Origin: Mustelus asterias
Lineage: Eukaryota
Direction of reading: 5' to 3'
Length of the DNA: 64,000 nucleotides
Assembly (NCBI RefSeq): GCF_964213995.1
Contig: NC_135823.1
Span: 806,001-870,000 of the forward strand
The position numbers and the translations under genes were made by a program. The notes beneath the pieces are model-generated. The model did no database searches. It was given only the letters and a program-made list of their open reading frames with translations, and was not told the origin of the DNA. Positions 1 through 13,059 of the stretch are shown one piece after another. The number at the start of each line of letters is the position of its first letter. Within the stretch, counting starts at the first letter, position 1.

Positions 1-246
1 TGTTGCCACCTTCAAGGATTTCTGGACTTGCACACCTAGGTCCCTCTGTGTTTCTATACTCCTGATGACTCTGCCATTTATTGTATAACTCCTCCCTACA
101 TTATTTCTTCCAAAATGCATCACTTCGCATTTATCCGGATTAAACTCCATCTGCCACCTCTCCGCCCAATTTTCCAGCCTATCTATATCCTGCTGTATTG
201 CCCGACAATGCTCTTCGCCATCCGCAAGTCCAGCCATCTTCGTGTC
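1..246 (-). mobile_element. CR1-clade LINE RT fragment
   Basis: The reverse strand encodes WAERWQMEFNPDKCEVMHFGR. Confidence 0.85.
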
Positions 247-544
247 AACAATTCTACAATTAAATATCGCTTGCAGTTCAACTTGAGCCTTCCTAATGTT
301 TACTTTCTAGTTTCTGATTTCCGATATCGGCAGTTACAATTCCACACTGCATTTTATACAGTGTGTGAGCAAAGCATAATGAATTATATGAGAACAGAGT
401 TTGAATATCAATATAAGCTGTGTGATTCCAGTTTCTTTAAGGATTCAGACTAAATGTGTTTCGGGTATTTCTTCAGCTAATTAACAAAAACAGTGAAAGG
501 AGTGAATGTGCATGCGTTGAAAGTGGGATTAAGGACTGGAGTTC

Positions 545-940
545 AGATGAATCAGGGGCGAACTTATAGAGACTGATAAAATTCTAACATGACTAGACTG
601 GGTCGATGCAGGGAGGATGTTCCCGATGGTTGGGGAGTCCAGAGCCAGGGGTCACAGTCTGAGGATTCCGGATAGACCACTCAGGACGGAGGTGAGAAGA
701 CATTTCTTCGTCCAAAGTGATGAGCCTGTGGAGTTCATTACCACAGGAAGTAGTTGATAACAAAACACTGAATGTATTAAAGACGCGGCTCCGTATAGCA
801 CCTGGGGCGAATGGGGTCAAAGGTTATGGGGAAGAACCAGGATTAAGCTATAAAGTTGGACGATCACGCATGATCGTCACGAATGGCGGGGCAGGTCGAA
901 GGGTCAAATAATCTCCTCCTGCTCCTATCTTCTATGTGCC
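545..940 (+). mobile_element. CR1-clade LINE 3' end
   Basis: Decayed RMFPMVGESRARGHSLRI; CR1-type 3' UTR. Confidence 0.8.
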
Positions 941-1179
941 TCAGTTAAACAGTTGGAGCCAAATTCAAAAACAGCCTGTTGCCTTGGCAACACTACTGTT
1001 TATCCCTTGAAACTATATTTCAGCCTGTGTATTGTATATGCACCTTCTTCTCAACTCCATGTGCAAAAAAGTGCTTTTTCAAAGGGAGCATACAATGCTT
1101 TCGCCTCTTAGCATTTTACAATTTTTAAAATTATTTACAGACACCAAATTCTCACATTCTACACAACGTCGCAACAAGA

Positions 1180-2460
1180 TGAATTGCAATTTTGCTGGTT
1201 GGCATGATGAGAGAAGTGATGTGCCACAGGGTTTGTTCCTTAGGCCTCAACTATTGCAATCAATATTCACCATTTAGATGCTGGGATAGATCCCGCCACA
1301 GCCAAATTTACAGTTGACACGAAAATAGGTGGGAAGCATGGTTCAATGTAGAAATAAGATATTTACAGAGGAAGCTGGTGGCCCAGTCGTGTTGTCACGA
1401 GGTTATGAAGTCAGTAAACGCAGCTAACCTTGTGGGGACCTGGGTTCAAATTCCTCCACGGTACATGGTGGAATTTAAATTCAATAATAAAAACATAATT
1501 GGAATTAAGAATCTACTGCTGACCATGAAATCATTGTCCATTGTCGGAAAAAGCAATCTCGTTTACTCATGTCCTTTAGGGAAGGAAATCTGCCATCCTT
1601 ACCTGGCCTGGCCGACATGTGATGGCAAATCCAAAGCAAAGTGATTGATTCTCAAATGCCCTCCATGGTCCACTAGGGATGAGCAATGGACGTTGGGGAA
1701 CCGGCGACGCCCATGTCCCACGAATAAATAAATAAAAAAGACGGACATGGAAAGGTTAGGAGAACGGGCCAACATTTGGCAGATGGAATTTAACCTATTT
1801 CGGTGTGAAGCTATACATTCTGGACAGAGGGATAAAAGTGTAATGCATTACCTATTTGGAGAGAAACTTCAAAATGCTTTGAGGCGGAGGGATTTGTGTG
1901 TCCTTGTGCGTGAATCCGAGGAAGGTAATATGTCTGTGCCGAATGTAAGAAGGAAGGCAATTGGAATCTTGACATTCATTCCGAATGGAATAGAGTATAA
2001 ATGTGGGGAAGTGCTGATACAACTGTATAGGGCATTGTTGAGGCTGCATCTGGAGTACTGTGGTCCCTTTACTTGAGGAAGGAAGCAAATGCATTAACAT
2101 TAAGCAGTTTAGGCCTATTTTTGCTGGAGATTTGAAGAATGGCACAAGTTCTAATTGATAAGATAAGCTGCGAAGGAGGGTTAAGGGGGTATACGTAGAG
2201 CCAATGTTTCCCTCTGTTGGATATTCTATTCAAAATGGCCACAGTTTCCCGGTAAGGGGTGGCAGAATTTAAAAAAAAGAAAGGGGGAGGAATTATTTCA
2301 CTGAAATGGCAGCGAATCTGCAGAACTCTCCAAAACTATGTGCAGTGAGAGTCAGAGCAATACAAAATAGGAGATAGATAGGTTTTTAATTAGTTGTGCG
2401 ATGAAGGGTTGTGGGGAATGATCAGAAAGAAGGGTATTACCTTCCTCCAATCCTTATGTT
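1180..2460 (+). mobile_element. Decayed CR1 LINE interrupted by a SINE (1375-1740)
   Basis: DVPQG motif upstream of the SINE; WQMEFN..LYRALLRLHLEYC downstream. Confidence 0.8.
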
Positions 2461-3821
2461 CAGATTTGTGAATTGGAAATAGGTTCAAGAAGGGACAGAC
2501 CAGCTCAGGGGCTGGCAGGAGATTTTGTCTCCGTCAGTTTGAAAGCTGCATTGATTATGGATTGTGATGCATCACTTCTGTGTCCTATAAGTGAGCATAA
2601 TGAAATTTACTTCTGAAAGAAGATTACCACCTATCAATCTGTCTTTTTGGTCAAATGGTTCAGTCGATTTTATCGACACGAATCGTAGAATCGAAGCCAG
2701 TTGCATCTCAGAAAGACGACATTCGGCCCGTCAAGCACGTGCCAGCTCTTTGAATGTGCATTGTAGTCCCACATCCCAGCTTGCTCGACAAGGATTAGTT
2801 CAAATGTTGCAACCAGCCGACGAAATGTTACTGCCTGTATTGTGCTAAAACTCATACCAGGCCATGAACTCGAAGGTGTTTTTTCAGCCAGCCTCGTTCC
2901 TATGTTCTTAAATTTGAATTTGGCACAGATGAGCATAAGGTGTTTCACTCCAGGTATGATTCGAGTGACCCACTCGGAAGCCTTTATCAAGCAAAGACGA
3001 TTTAATATCACAGTTAAAATTAAATAAAAAGTATTGGCATTACTTTACCAATAGCAAGATTCAAACATGGTACAGTATTGACTTTACGAGCTGGCCACCT
3101 ATGATGTACCAAGCCAAACACTATCCCCCAAACATACACCCCTTCCACAAGTGATGCAGGATTTTCAGCCGTTTAACACCTCCTGGTCTTTTGAGTGTTT
3201 GATTTAAAAATTAAAACTCTGAGGCTTCTCTGACCTGGAACTTTCCAAACGGCCGCTGGAGAGAGAAAGGGGCCGGGACAATGCCTGCCTCTATCAGCTT
3301 CTGACACCAACTCACAGACAACAGAATTTCCAACTCCAGAGAGAGGAGAAGAGCACTGTTTTTGCTCTCCACCTCAGGCTACGACTGTCGAAAACAAAAA
3401 CTGTCCACAGGCAGCAACTAACCAGTCAACTATGCTCCACCTGGCAATTCCAAGAAAAAAAACTCATAAAACCTCAAGATTCTGCATTTGGCCAGATTAA
3501 AATAAGCCCTGTGGGCAATTATATTGCTTCAGTAACAATGAGGGGACACAGGTTACAGACAAAACGGTGCCAAAAAATAAATGCCATGAGCTGCATAAAA
3601 GCCCTACTAAGAAACCTGATTAAAACACATTTCTTAAAGGCACAGTATCGTCACAACTGCTTACAGGTCACCATGACCGTGTCAGGAAACATTGAACTCT
3701 TGAATGTAATAGTTTCGAAACATTGACATAACTGGGTCATCAAATATGTTCGTCAGTCGTATGTGCAAGGAAATTTGAAATGTTGTTTTACCGAGATATT
3801 GAAATATGCTTCCAAGCCACC

Positions 3822-4190
3822 GGCGCACGGTAGCACAGTGGTGGCGGCACGGTAGCACAGTGGTTAGCATGGCTGCTTCACAGCTCCAGGTCCCGGGTTC
3901 GATTCCCGGCTCGGGTCACTGTCTGTGTAGAGTTTGCACATTCTCCTCGTGTCTGCGTGGGTTTCCTCCGGGTGCTCCGGTTTCCTCCCACAGTCCAAAG
4001 ATGTGCAGGTTAGGTTGATTGACCAGGTTAAAAAAAAATTGCCCCTTAGAGTCCCGGGGTGCGTAGGTTAGAGGGATTAGTGGGTAAATATGTGGGGGTA
4101 GAGCCTGGGTGGGATTGTGGTCGGTGCAGGCTCGATGGGCCGAATGGCCTCCTTCTGCACTGTAGGGTTTCTATGATTTCATCATTCTAT
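3822..4190 (+). mobile_element. HE1/V-SINE-type tRNA-derived SINE, full length, with doubled head
   Basis: ggcggcacggtagcacagtggttagc (A box), ggttcgattccc (B box), central domain, CR1-like tail. Confidence 0.9.
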
Positions 4191-4464
4191 GATTTAGTTT
4201 CATAAACGTTTAAAAGCTAAACAGGAATTCATTGGTCTGATTAGTACTGGATAAATAAATTCTGATATAATCTATAACTTCTACTAATTCAACGTCATAA
4301 CCAATATGATCAGTCTCAAATTGAAAACGTTTTTCTTGTTCTAAAACGCATAACTCACAGATATTTCAAATTGCTTCTGCAGACACTTTTTATATGTTTA
4401 AGGTGTTCAGTTGATCTTCCCAAACTCAATTTGTTCATCCAGAAATTTATTTCAATCATCGGCA

Positions 4465-5270
4465 GAATTTGATTTGATCTGATTTATTACTGTCACATTT
4501 ATTGAACAAGTGAAAAGTATTGTTTCTTGTGCGCTATGCAGACAGAGCATACCGTTCATAGAGTACACAGATTTGATGTGTTTTGATTTATCGTTGTCAC
4601 ATATATTGGGTAAAGTAAACAATATTGTTTTTTGTGCGCTATACAGACAAAACATACCGTTTATAGAGTACATATGGGACAAGGAACATAGTGGGTAAAG
4701 GATGTACTGCACCATTCACAGCTAGGGTGGTGAGAAACATCAACTTAATGTAAGGTATTTCCACTGAAAAGTCTAATGACAGCAGGGAAGAAAGTGATCT
4801 TCAGTCGGTTGGTACATTAACTCAGACGTTTGTATTTTTTTCCGATGGAAGGGAGGGAAGAGAGTATGACCGGCGTGCGTGCGTTTCTGAGGCAACAGGA
4901 AGTATTGACAGTGTCAATGGACGGGAGGCTAGTTTGTGTTCTGGACTGGGCTACGTTCACAACAGTTTGCAGTTTATTCTGGTCTTGGAGGGAGCAGGAG
5001 CCATACTATGCTGTGATACATCCGGAAAGGATGCCTTCCATTGTGCATCAAAAGACTTGGTGAGAGTCGTAGCGGGCATGCCAAATTTCCTTCGCCTCCT
5101 GAGAAAGTAGAGGCGTTGGTTAGTTTTCTGGAAAAATACATCGAAATGGAGATTCCAGGACTGGTTGTTGGTGATATGGACCTAAAAACATGAACCTCGC
5201 GACCATATCCACTTCATGACAGGGGCATGTCCTCCACTACACTTCCTCAATTCGATGACATTCAGCTATT
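4465..5270 (-). mobile_element. LINE 3' fragment (Rex1/L2-like) with tandemly doubled ~100-bp tail; related copy at 38020-38420
   Basis: Reverse strand reads FLRRRRKFGMPATTLT; ATCAA-type tail; shared ctgatgacagcaggga segment. Confidence 0.6.
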
Positions 5271-5534
5271 GGTCACGGCAAATTAATAAATCCTGTGGCT
5301 GGAATGTTCAACACACTCAGAGGAAATTATAAATTAATGTGGAAATTGTTGGAAGATCAGTACCATGAGAATGGTTTTGGGAAGGAACTGGTTTTGAGAA
5401 GGTCCTAAAAACCATCAGACTGTTAATAAGCTTTGCAAAACGTTTAATTTGCTTGTCACTGTGCGATCTCTACGCATGATTATCTGAAACAAGAAACTGC
5501 AATTAGTATTTTAATGTGATGGCTATGAATCTTG

Positions 5535-6065
5535 GACGCCACGGTGGCACAGTGATTAGGACTGCTTCTTCAACAGCGCCAAGAACCCGGGTTCAATGCC
5601 GACCTTGGGTGACTGTCTGTGCAGAGTCTGCATGTTCTCCCCGTATCTGCTTGGTTTCCTCCGGGTGCTCCTGTTTCCTCCCACAGTCCGAAAACGTGGT
5701 GGCGAGGTGCCATGGCCACGATAAATTCGCCCTCAGTAGACCCGAATAGGCGCCGGAGTGTGGCGACCAGGGGAATGTCACAGTAACTTCATTGTAGTAT
5801 CAATGTGTGGTTGCTTGGAACGCTATAAATAAACAAACAACCACTCTCAAAATCCCGAGTCGTGAAAATCCAACGCTTGTTCGGGTACACTGATGGGGTA
5901 ATTTAGCATAGCCAATGCACCAAACCAACACGTCATTCGGAATGTGGCAGGAAACCCACGCAGACACGGGGAGAACGTGCAGACTCTGCACAGTCGGTGA
6001 CCCCAGGCGGGAATCGAGCCCGGGTCCCTGGAGCTGAGAGGCAGCAGTGCTAACAACAGCACTAT
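5535..6065. mobile_element. Tail-to-tail pair of HE1-headed SINEs with the alternative tail
   Basis: + copy 5535-5835 and - copy 5850-6065; tail cacagtaacttcattg..aataaa. Confidence 0.8.
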
Positions 6066-7432
6066 AGTCAGTGTGGGGTATGGCAGGAAGGGCAATTGTC
6101 GTGTGTTCATATCCCCTCTGCTCCTTCCACATGTTTCCAGCAGATAGAATTCTTAATTAATTATTATCGTGTGCGTTCATATTATACAGTGCGATCCCAG
6201 TGAGCCGCCGCTGAAGGGATTAGTCCCCTACAGAAATTAGTTACATTAATCTGAATGCGAAGAGCCTAATGGAAGGGATTACTGATGAAGTGGGTGCCTA
6301 AATGAGCCGACAGTTTTGAGTCTTACTGAGTGTCTGAACTATTTTGCAGAAATGCTTGATCTTGATCGGTGAAGAAGCGAGTGAGTAGAGGCAGCAGCAG
6401 AGCGCTGGGCGCGGCAGCAAACAGGTGCATTGTCTATGACTGCAGCTGTTTGCAGTGAGTGTCAAAACACCCTTACCCACAGACCCTTCGGGGCTGTGCA
6501 AAATGCAGTGATGGGCGGAGATGGCTGGCCAAGGTTCTGACCACTTTAACAACTCATGCTTGAGATGGAAAATAATGTTCGAGCCAGAAGCTGCATGTGG
6601 CTTTCCTGTTTTAAAAGTTGAGGCGCGTCAGGTACAGAACTGTCTGCAGTGGTCAAACGCTGGGATTGAGTGTTAAACTGCAAATTAAAGTGTGTTTGCT
6701 GCCTGGGGAGGATTGGCGTAAACAAAGAACAGGCTCCAACACAATTCGACGGATAGATAGCACGGAAACAGGACCTTCGGCGCAACTCGTCCATTTCGAC
6801 GAGGTTTCCCATTTGCTTGTTTTTGGCCGATATCCCTCGAAACATTTCCCATCCATGTACCCGTCCAAATCTTCGTGGTTATACACGCCTCCACAACATC
6901 ACCTGGCAGCTCCTTCCATGTACGCAGCACCCTTCAGGACCCTTTTAAATCGTCACCCTCTCACCTTCAAGCTTTGCCGTCTAATTCTGGATTCTTCGAC
7001 CCTGGGAAAAATGGCCCTGTCTATTCACTTTATCTACGCCCCTGATGATTTTATAAACCTCCATAATGTAAAGCTCATGCAAGTTTACAAATCGATGTGA
7101 CAACAAGTAAGCATTTGTTTTATTATATTTGTGTCACAAATAGGCTTACATTAACACTCCAATTAAATTACTGCGAAAACCTCCAAGCCGCCACACTTCA
7201 GAGCATATTCGGGTACACTGAGGGAGTATTTAGCATGGCCAATGGACCTTACCAGCATATCTTTCGGACTGTGGGAGGAAACCGGAGCACCCGGAGGAAA
7301 CCAGACCAAGAGAAGACGTGCTTACTCCGCAAAGACAGCGGCCCTGCAAGATGGCACCTGGTTATCACTGGTGCCTCACTACCCCAGAGACCCGGGTTTG
7401 ATTTCCGGCTTTGGTCCCTGCCGGTGTGGAGT

Positions 7433-8407
7433 TTGCACACAGGAACTGAACTCAGTTTACTGGACTCAGGTCACAACTGCATTGTGCCACCGTGGCAACC
7501 TTTGATGTATTCGCTGTGAATCAACTTGACGCACAGCTCTTTTTGATGAGGTTTCTTATGCAATTCACTGGGAATATACAGACCAAACTGCAGAGGAATA
7601 TAATTGTAACGCCATAACGTCATTATTTTGTACAAAAGACCTGAATCCAACTTTGGACTAACCTTTTTTCCCCACCCACTCCATCGTACAAAGAGAAAAT
7701 TGCGACATTGGAATCGGCACAAACAAGATTTCTGAGAAGGATAGCAGGACTGAGATTACATAAATAAAAGGAAAGGAAAAACAGCTGGGACTCTTTTTAC
7801 ACAAGACGAGAAGGCCGATTGTGACAGAATCGATGTCCTAAAAATTGGATCAGCAGCACCATCTCAGACACGGTTTTCTGTTTCTGGGGAGGTAACGGCC
7901 TACTGGTATAACAGGCAGATTATTTAACCCAAAACTTAGCTAATGCTCTGGGAACACGTGTTCGAATCCCGCCACGGCAGGTGATGGAATTTGAATTTAA
8001 TGCAAAATATCTAGAATTGAGGACCTACTATGACCATGAACCCATTGTTGATTGTCAGGAAAGAACCTATCTGTTTCACTTCTGTCCTTTCTGGAAGGAA
8101 ATCTGCTGTCCTTATCCGGTCTAGCCTGCATGTGACTTTAGAGCCACAGCAATGTGGTTGACCTTTAACTGCCCGCCAAGGGATGGCACCTGGTTATCAC
8201 TGAAAATTTAAATGCTGGTTCATAAAAGTGATTCAATTATATTCCCCTGCAGTTTGGTCTGTATATTCCCAGTGAATTGCACAAGAAACCTCATCAAAAA
8301 GAGCTGTGCATCAAGTTGATTCACAGAGAATACATCAAAGGTTGGCACGGTGGCACAATGCAGCTGTGACCTGAGTCCAGTGAACTGAGTTCAGTTCCTG
8401 TGTGCAA
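7433..8407. repeat. ~174-bp inverted repeat pair (7433-7606 and 8234-8407)
   Basis: Direct reverse-complement comparison shows about 95% identity. Confidence 0.92.
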
Positions 8408-8780
8408 CAAGGGATGGGCAGTGAATGTTGGCCAGCCATGACACACGAATGATTAAAAACACAAGGATATAGAAATTAAAAAACGTTTACCCATAGTATT
8501 GAGCACGCATCCATCCAATAGTACTCTGACTTTCAATCGAGAAAAGTCATTGATTGCACTGCACCAGTTGATTGCTGCGACACACAAACGGTGAGGCATG
8601 TCAAACGAAGGTTGTGTTCACCCCAACACTGCCCACAATGGTGTCATACTTTCCACAGCCCAGTTCGTCATAGTTTCCAACGAATCTGAAAAGCCCCAAA
8701 TTCATAAGACTCAGATCAGGTCAGTGTGCAGTCTGCAGAAGCTACGCAGTCATACACAATACAAGGAAACCTCGAGCAAC

Positions 8781-8835
8781 ATGGTCAAAGAATCATTTTC
8801 TCTGATACTCGTATTCCAAGTACTGCGGCTTCACT
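8781..8835 (+). CDS. Gene A leader exon (MVKESFSLILVFQVLRLH)
   Basis: ATG in context GCAACATGG, hydrophobic core, phase-1 donor T|GTAAGT, 600 nt upstream of the V exon. Confidence 0.7.
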
Positions 8836-9440
8836 GTAAGTGAGAGGCGGGTGTGAATTTTAAGCGGAATCACTTTTGTAAATCAGCATTTAAATTTTCT
8901 GAGCCGAAAACGTGAGCCAGTGTTTAGGTGAAGGAATTTGACCTGATCATATCAATTTATTATTGTTTTCACCCGTAAAACGGAGAAAAAATAAAGTAAA
9001 GAATAAATGTAACCAGCAATGATTACAAAGAGTAATGACAGTCAATGGAATGGTGGAACAATGGACAGCATGACTGTTTCACAGCGCGCGCCTCACAAGT
9101 TCACTTCCCGGCTGGGAACACTATTTGTGTGGAATTTGCACATTCTGCCCCGTGTCTGCATGCATTTCCTCTGGATGCTCCGATTTCCTTCCAGAGTCCG
9201 AAAGATATGCTGGTTAGGTGCATGGGCCATGTTAAATTCTCCCTCAGTATACCCGAACAGGCACCGGATTGTGCTGACTGGCGGATTTTCACAGTGAGTT
9301 CTTCGGAGTGTCAATGTAAGCCTATCTGTCTGAATAATAAATAAACTTTAAACTTCAATTACAGACGAGGCTTTTGTAAAGGGTAGCTTCAGATATTGCA
9401 GCACTCAGTTGTAATGTAACAACAATCTCTCTCGTGACAG

Positions 9441-9767
9441 AATCTGCGGCCTTTCTGTCTCAAATCCCCTTCACAATAACAGCTGATTTGGGCCAGACGT
9501 TGGAATTATCCTGTCATAACACTTATGAAGTGGATTTGGTGTCTAACTCTGCTTGGTGTAAGCAGCGTTTGGGTGAAGCCCCGGTACTAATAAACATTAC
9601 ATCCTGTGGTGGGGCCGACAGTAAGTTTATTTCTGAAAAAAACAATCCGGGAAATGTATTGACTCTGAAAATTCGTAATGTCGAGCCGAATGACTCGGGT
9701 TCCTACCAGTGTACATATAAAGCTGGGTATGGAGGGCTCCAGAATGGGCCTACACTAGTGGTTCGTG
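9441..9767 (+). CDS. Gene A Ig V-set exon with J-like G strand
   Basis: Acceptor ctctctcgtgacag; LELSC...AWCKQRLG...LTLKIRNVEPNDSGSYQC...LQNGPTLVVRG; donor G|GTAAGA, phase 1. Confidence 0.9.
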
Positions 9768-9862
9768 GTAAGAGAGCAAAATAAATTTATTCAGATTGTG
9801 CACAGCATTACCATTTGCGTGTAAATTAATCGTTCACTGTGTCCCAATCTCTGTCTACACAG

Positions 9863-10188
9863 TTCCACCAACAAGACGGCTGTGCTGTTATTTGTCCCAG
9901 CGGGTGAGCTGGATTTGAATGATAATGTGCCCTTAGTGTGTTTGGTCAGTGGAGTTTCCTCCAACCAGATTACTATTTTCTGGAATATTTTTGGCCTGGT
10001 CACTGAGAGATCTCGTGATCCCGGGATAATGGACGAGGACGGAACCTACGGCATCAGAGCTCATGTCATGGTGTCGGGGGACCCTTGGAGAAGCGGCACT
10101 GTCTGTACTTGCATTGTTCAACTGGCAATTCCAGGGGGACACTGGACAAAGAGTGTGTCGTTCCCTGAAGCAGCAGAGAATGGGACAG
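9863..10188 (+). CDS. Gene A Ig C1-set exon
   Basis: STNKTAVLLFVP..VPLVCLVSG..ITIFWN..DEDGTYGIRAHVMV..W..CTCIVQ; donor G|GTGTGT, phase 1. The acceptor at 9861-62 is out of phase; an in-frame alternative AG lies at 9899-9900. Confidence 0.88.
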
Positions 10189-11286
10189 GTGTGTTCTTAA
10201 TCTCCGCAATGATGATTTGAATTCAACTAATTTGGGGGAATGTACCAGATACTAAGAAACTGAAGTCTGTGAATTAAACAGGATAAACATCCAATTTTAA
10301 TTACTTTACCTCCTCGCCCGGTCGCATTTCCCCTTCAGCTCAGAATATGGATGACAGAGTAGCATAGTGGTTCGCACTGCTGCCTCACAGTGGCATGAAC
10401 CCCGGTTCAATTCCTGGCTTGGTTCACTGTCTATGCAGACTCTGCACGGACACCCCGTGTCTGCGTGGGTTTCCTCCGGGTGCTCTGGTTTCTTCTCACC
10501 GTCCGGAATTCGTGCTGGTTAGGTGCATTCGCCCTGTTAAATTGTCCCTCACTTTACATGAACAGGCGCCAGAGTATGGGATTTTCACATTTTAATTTCA
10601 TTGCAGAGTTAATTTAAGCCCATTTGTGACCCGAATAAATATACTTAAACTCGTCTGTTTTCCTTGATGAAAGTTATTAGTGAATCTGCCTCCACCACCC
10701 TTTTCAGACAGTGGGTTTTGGAATTGAATTGGGGTCAGTCCCATCCTGGATGCCATTTGATGTCAGAAAAAAAAGTTGTGAATTAATTTTCTGAAATTCC
10801 TTTTCTCCTGAGGCATTATTTCAATTTCCTTGAATCTCACTTCAACATCTCTAGTTTCACTTTGGTATCTGTTTTATTTTTAATTCCTATAACCTGCAAT
10901 CCTATTGCATTATAGACAGGATCGAAAGCAGCACAGAAATTGGATTCATAGATTATTTTACGCTGTTTGATTTTATAATCTGGAACGTTCCTGAAACGCC
11001 AATGGAACACATATAAGAACACATTTCACAACTGCAATTTCATGTGGATTCGGTGGTGAGAAATGTGCAGGGCTGCGAAGGAAAATTAGGTAGTGTGGCA
11101 GTATTCCAATAGATCTTTCAACGACGCGATGCGGACATTTTGGGTCTGTCTAATTACCTGATTCAGTTTTCAACTAAATGTTGGTGTGATGCTTTTATCA
11201 TACAACCTGACGCACTCTGAATGTGGAACTATTCTGACAGGCTGTCAGATTATTGGTCTTTAATCGCAAACATTATGTCATGCACG

Positions 11287-11625
11287 GGCGGCACGGCAGC
11301 ACAATGGTTAGCACTGCTGCTTCACAGTTCCATGGACCTAGGTTCAATTCCCGGCTTGGGTCACTGTCTTTCTGGAGTTTGCACATTCCCCTCGTGTCTG
11401 CGCGGGTTTCCTCCGGGTGCTCCGGTTTCTCCCACAGTCCAAACGTGTGCGGGTTAGGTTGATTCGCCATGCTCAAAATTGCCCTAACTGTCCTGAGATG
11501 CGTAGGTTAGAGGGATTAGTGGGTAAATATGAAGGGATATGGGGCTAGGGCCTGGGTGGGATTGTGGTCGGTGCAGAATCGATGGGCCGAATGGCCTCTT
11601 TCTGTACTGTAGGGTTTCTATGATT
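11287..11625 (+). mobile_element. HE1-type SINE, full length
   Basis: Closely matches 3845-4180. Confidence 0.9.
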
Positions 11626-11719
11626 CCATTCTGTACGTTTATGCGTTGTCAGAAATTCAATGTGATGTTTCCATTAATTTCACTCCCCAGTTTGAGGTTA
11701 CCACTTTTTGAATTTTTTT

Positions 11720-12420
11720 TACTTAATTCGTGTGATCTGGGTGTCGCTGGCAAGGCCAACATTCATTACCCATTCTTCGTTGCCTTTGAGACGTGGTGGT
11801 GAACTGCATTCTTCAAACGCTGTTGTCGACCTGATGTGAGTTGACCCATAGTGCTGTTAGGAAGATCTTCCCTTAGCGACTGTGAAGGAACGGCGATATA
11901 TTTCCAAATCAGGACAATGAGTGGCTTGAGGGGAACTTGCATGTGATCGTGCTCCCGTGTATCTGCTATTGTCGTCCTGCTAGATGGAAGTGTTCGTGGG
12001 TTTGGAAGGTGATGTCTAAGAATCGTTGTTGAATTACTGCAGTGCACCTTGTAGATATTACACTCTGCTGCTCCTGAGCGTCGGGTGGTGGAGGGAATGG
12101 ATGTGGTGCCAATCAAGTGGCTTGCTTTAACCTGGATGGTGTGAAGCTTGTTGAGTGTTGTTGGAGCTACACTCAACCACGCACGTGGGAGTACTCCATC
12201 ACTCTCCTGACTTGTGCCTTGTAGATAGGACATGCTTTGAGGAGTCAGGAGGTGATTTACTCCCCGCAGTATTCCTAACCTCTCAACTGCTGTTGTAGCC
12301 GTTGTGTTTCAGTGGCGAGTTTAGTTGAGTTTCTAGTCAACTGTAATCCCAAGGAATTTGCCAATTTGGGATTCATTGATGGTAACACCAATGAAGGTCA
12401 AGGGGCATTCGTTCGAGTGT
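11720..12420 (-). mobile_element. Second LINE family (CR1/L2-group) 3' fragment
   Basis: AWLSVAPTTLNKLHTIQ..LIGT; homologous to 19460-20005. Confidence 0.8.
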
Positions 12421-12500
12421 CTGGGTTCAGTTTCCTATCTTCGAAACACAGAAACAATTATTTGATCCAGCAGCAGTTTCTAAGTGTTTTCTCTCCATAG

Positions 12501-12602
12501 GATTGTGCAATCTGGAACATCCAGTTGTCACGACTGTCCTGCTGATCCCGATTCTCATCTGGGTCCTTCTTTATATTTGGATTTGGAAGAACGGCAGATC
12601 AG
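12501..12602 (+). CDS. Gene A transmembrane exon (GLCNLEHPVVTTVLLIPILIWVLLYIWIWKNGRS)
   Basis: Acceptor gttttctctccatag, donor G|GTGAGT, phase 1-1, 102 nt; hydrophobic run followed by KNGR; membrane-proximal Cys. Confidence 0.85.
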
Positions 12603-13059
12603 GTGAGTAATAATGATCAGGAGGGATAATATCACTTTTGTTCATCCAATGCGATTCCCCTCGTAGTTTTATGTTGCTGATCACAATGTCTTGTTTCAGG
12701 AGAGCGAGCAAAGGGAGCCCGCCATTAAATGTAAGTAACTGAGCCATTTCCAAATTCATCACGAAAACTCTCTCTCCATTTCATACGGTGTTAAGCACAG
12801 TTCAATAACGTCACTGATTCCAATGGTATACGTCGAAATATTCCACATATTAAAATTGAGTATTCTATTTCAAATATTTCTGGCACCTGGGCCAGGATTT
12901 GCTGAACGTAACAGCTGTTTGATAGTTTTCATTTCCTTGCCTAGTTTGAGCTTGGGACAGACAACGCACAGAATGGATCAGAATGAGCGACAAACCGGTA
13001 AGTTGCATTCAAACGTTGGCAGAGATTCAACATCATTGAACAGACGTTTCACAGAATCC

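Larger units (their letters stand above)
8781..12602 (+). pseudogene. Gene A: non-rearranging VJ-C1-TM immunoglobulin-superfamily receptor, probably a pseudogene; cytoplasmic exons may extend to ~22.3 kb
   Basis: Exons 8781-8835 (leader), 9441-9767 (V), ~9863-10188 (C1) and 12501-12602 (TM) all have GT/AG sites. The leader-V join reads T|AA (stop), and the natural C1 acceptor is one nt out of phase. Confidence 0.8.

Noticed and set aside
3845-3915. tRNA genes at SINE heads
   Set aside because: A and B boxes only, no cloverleaf, and they continue into SINE bodies.
6298-6700. GC-richer unique stretch with short ORFs and splice-like sites
   Set aside because: No recognisable domain or consistent exon chain could be built.
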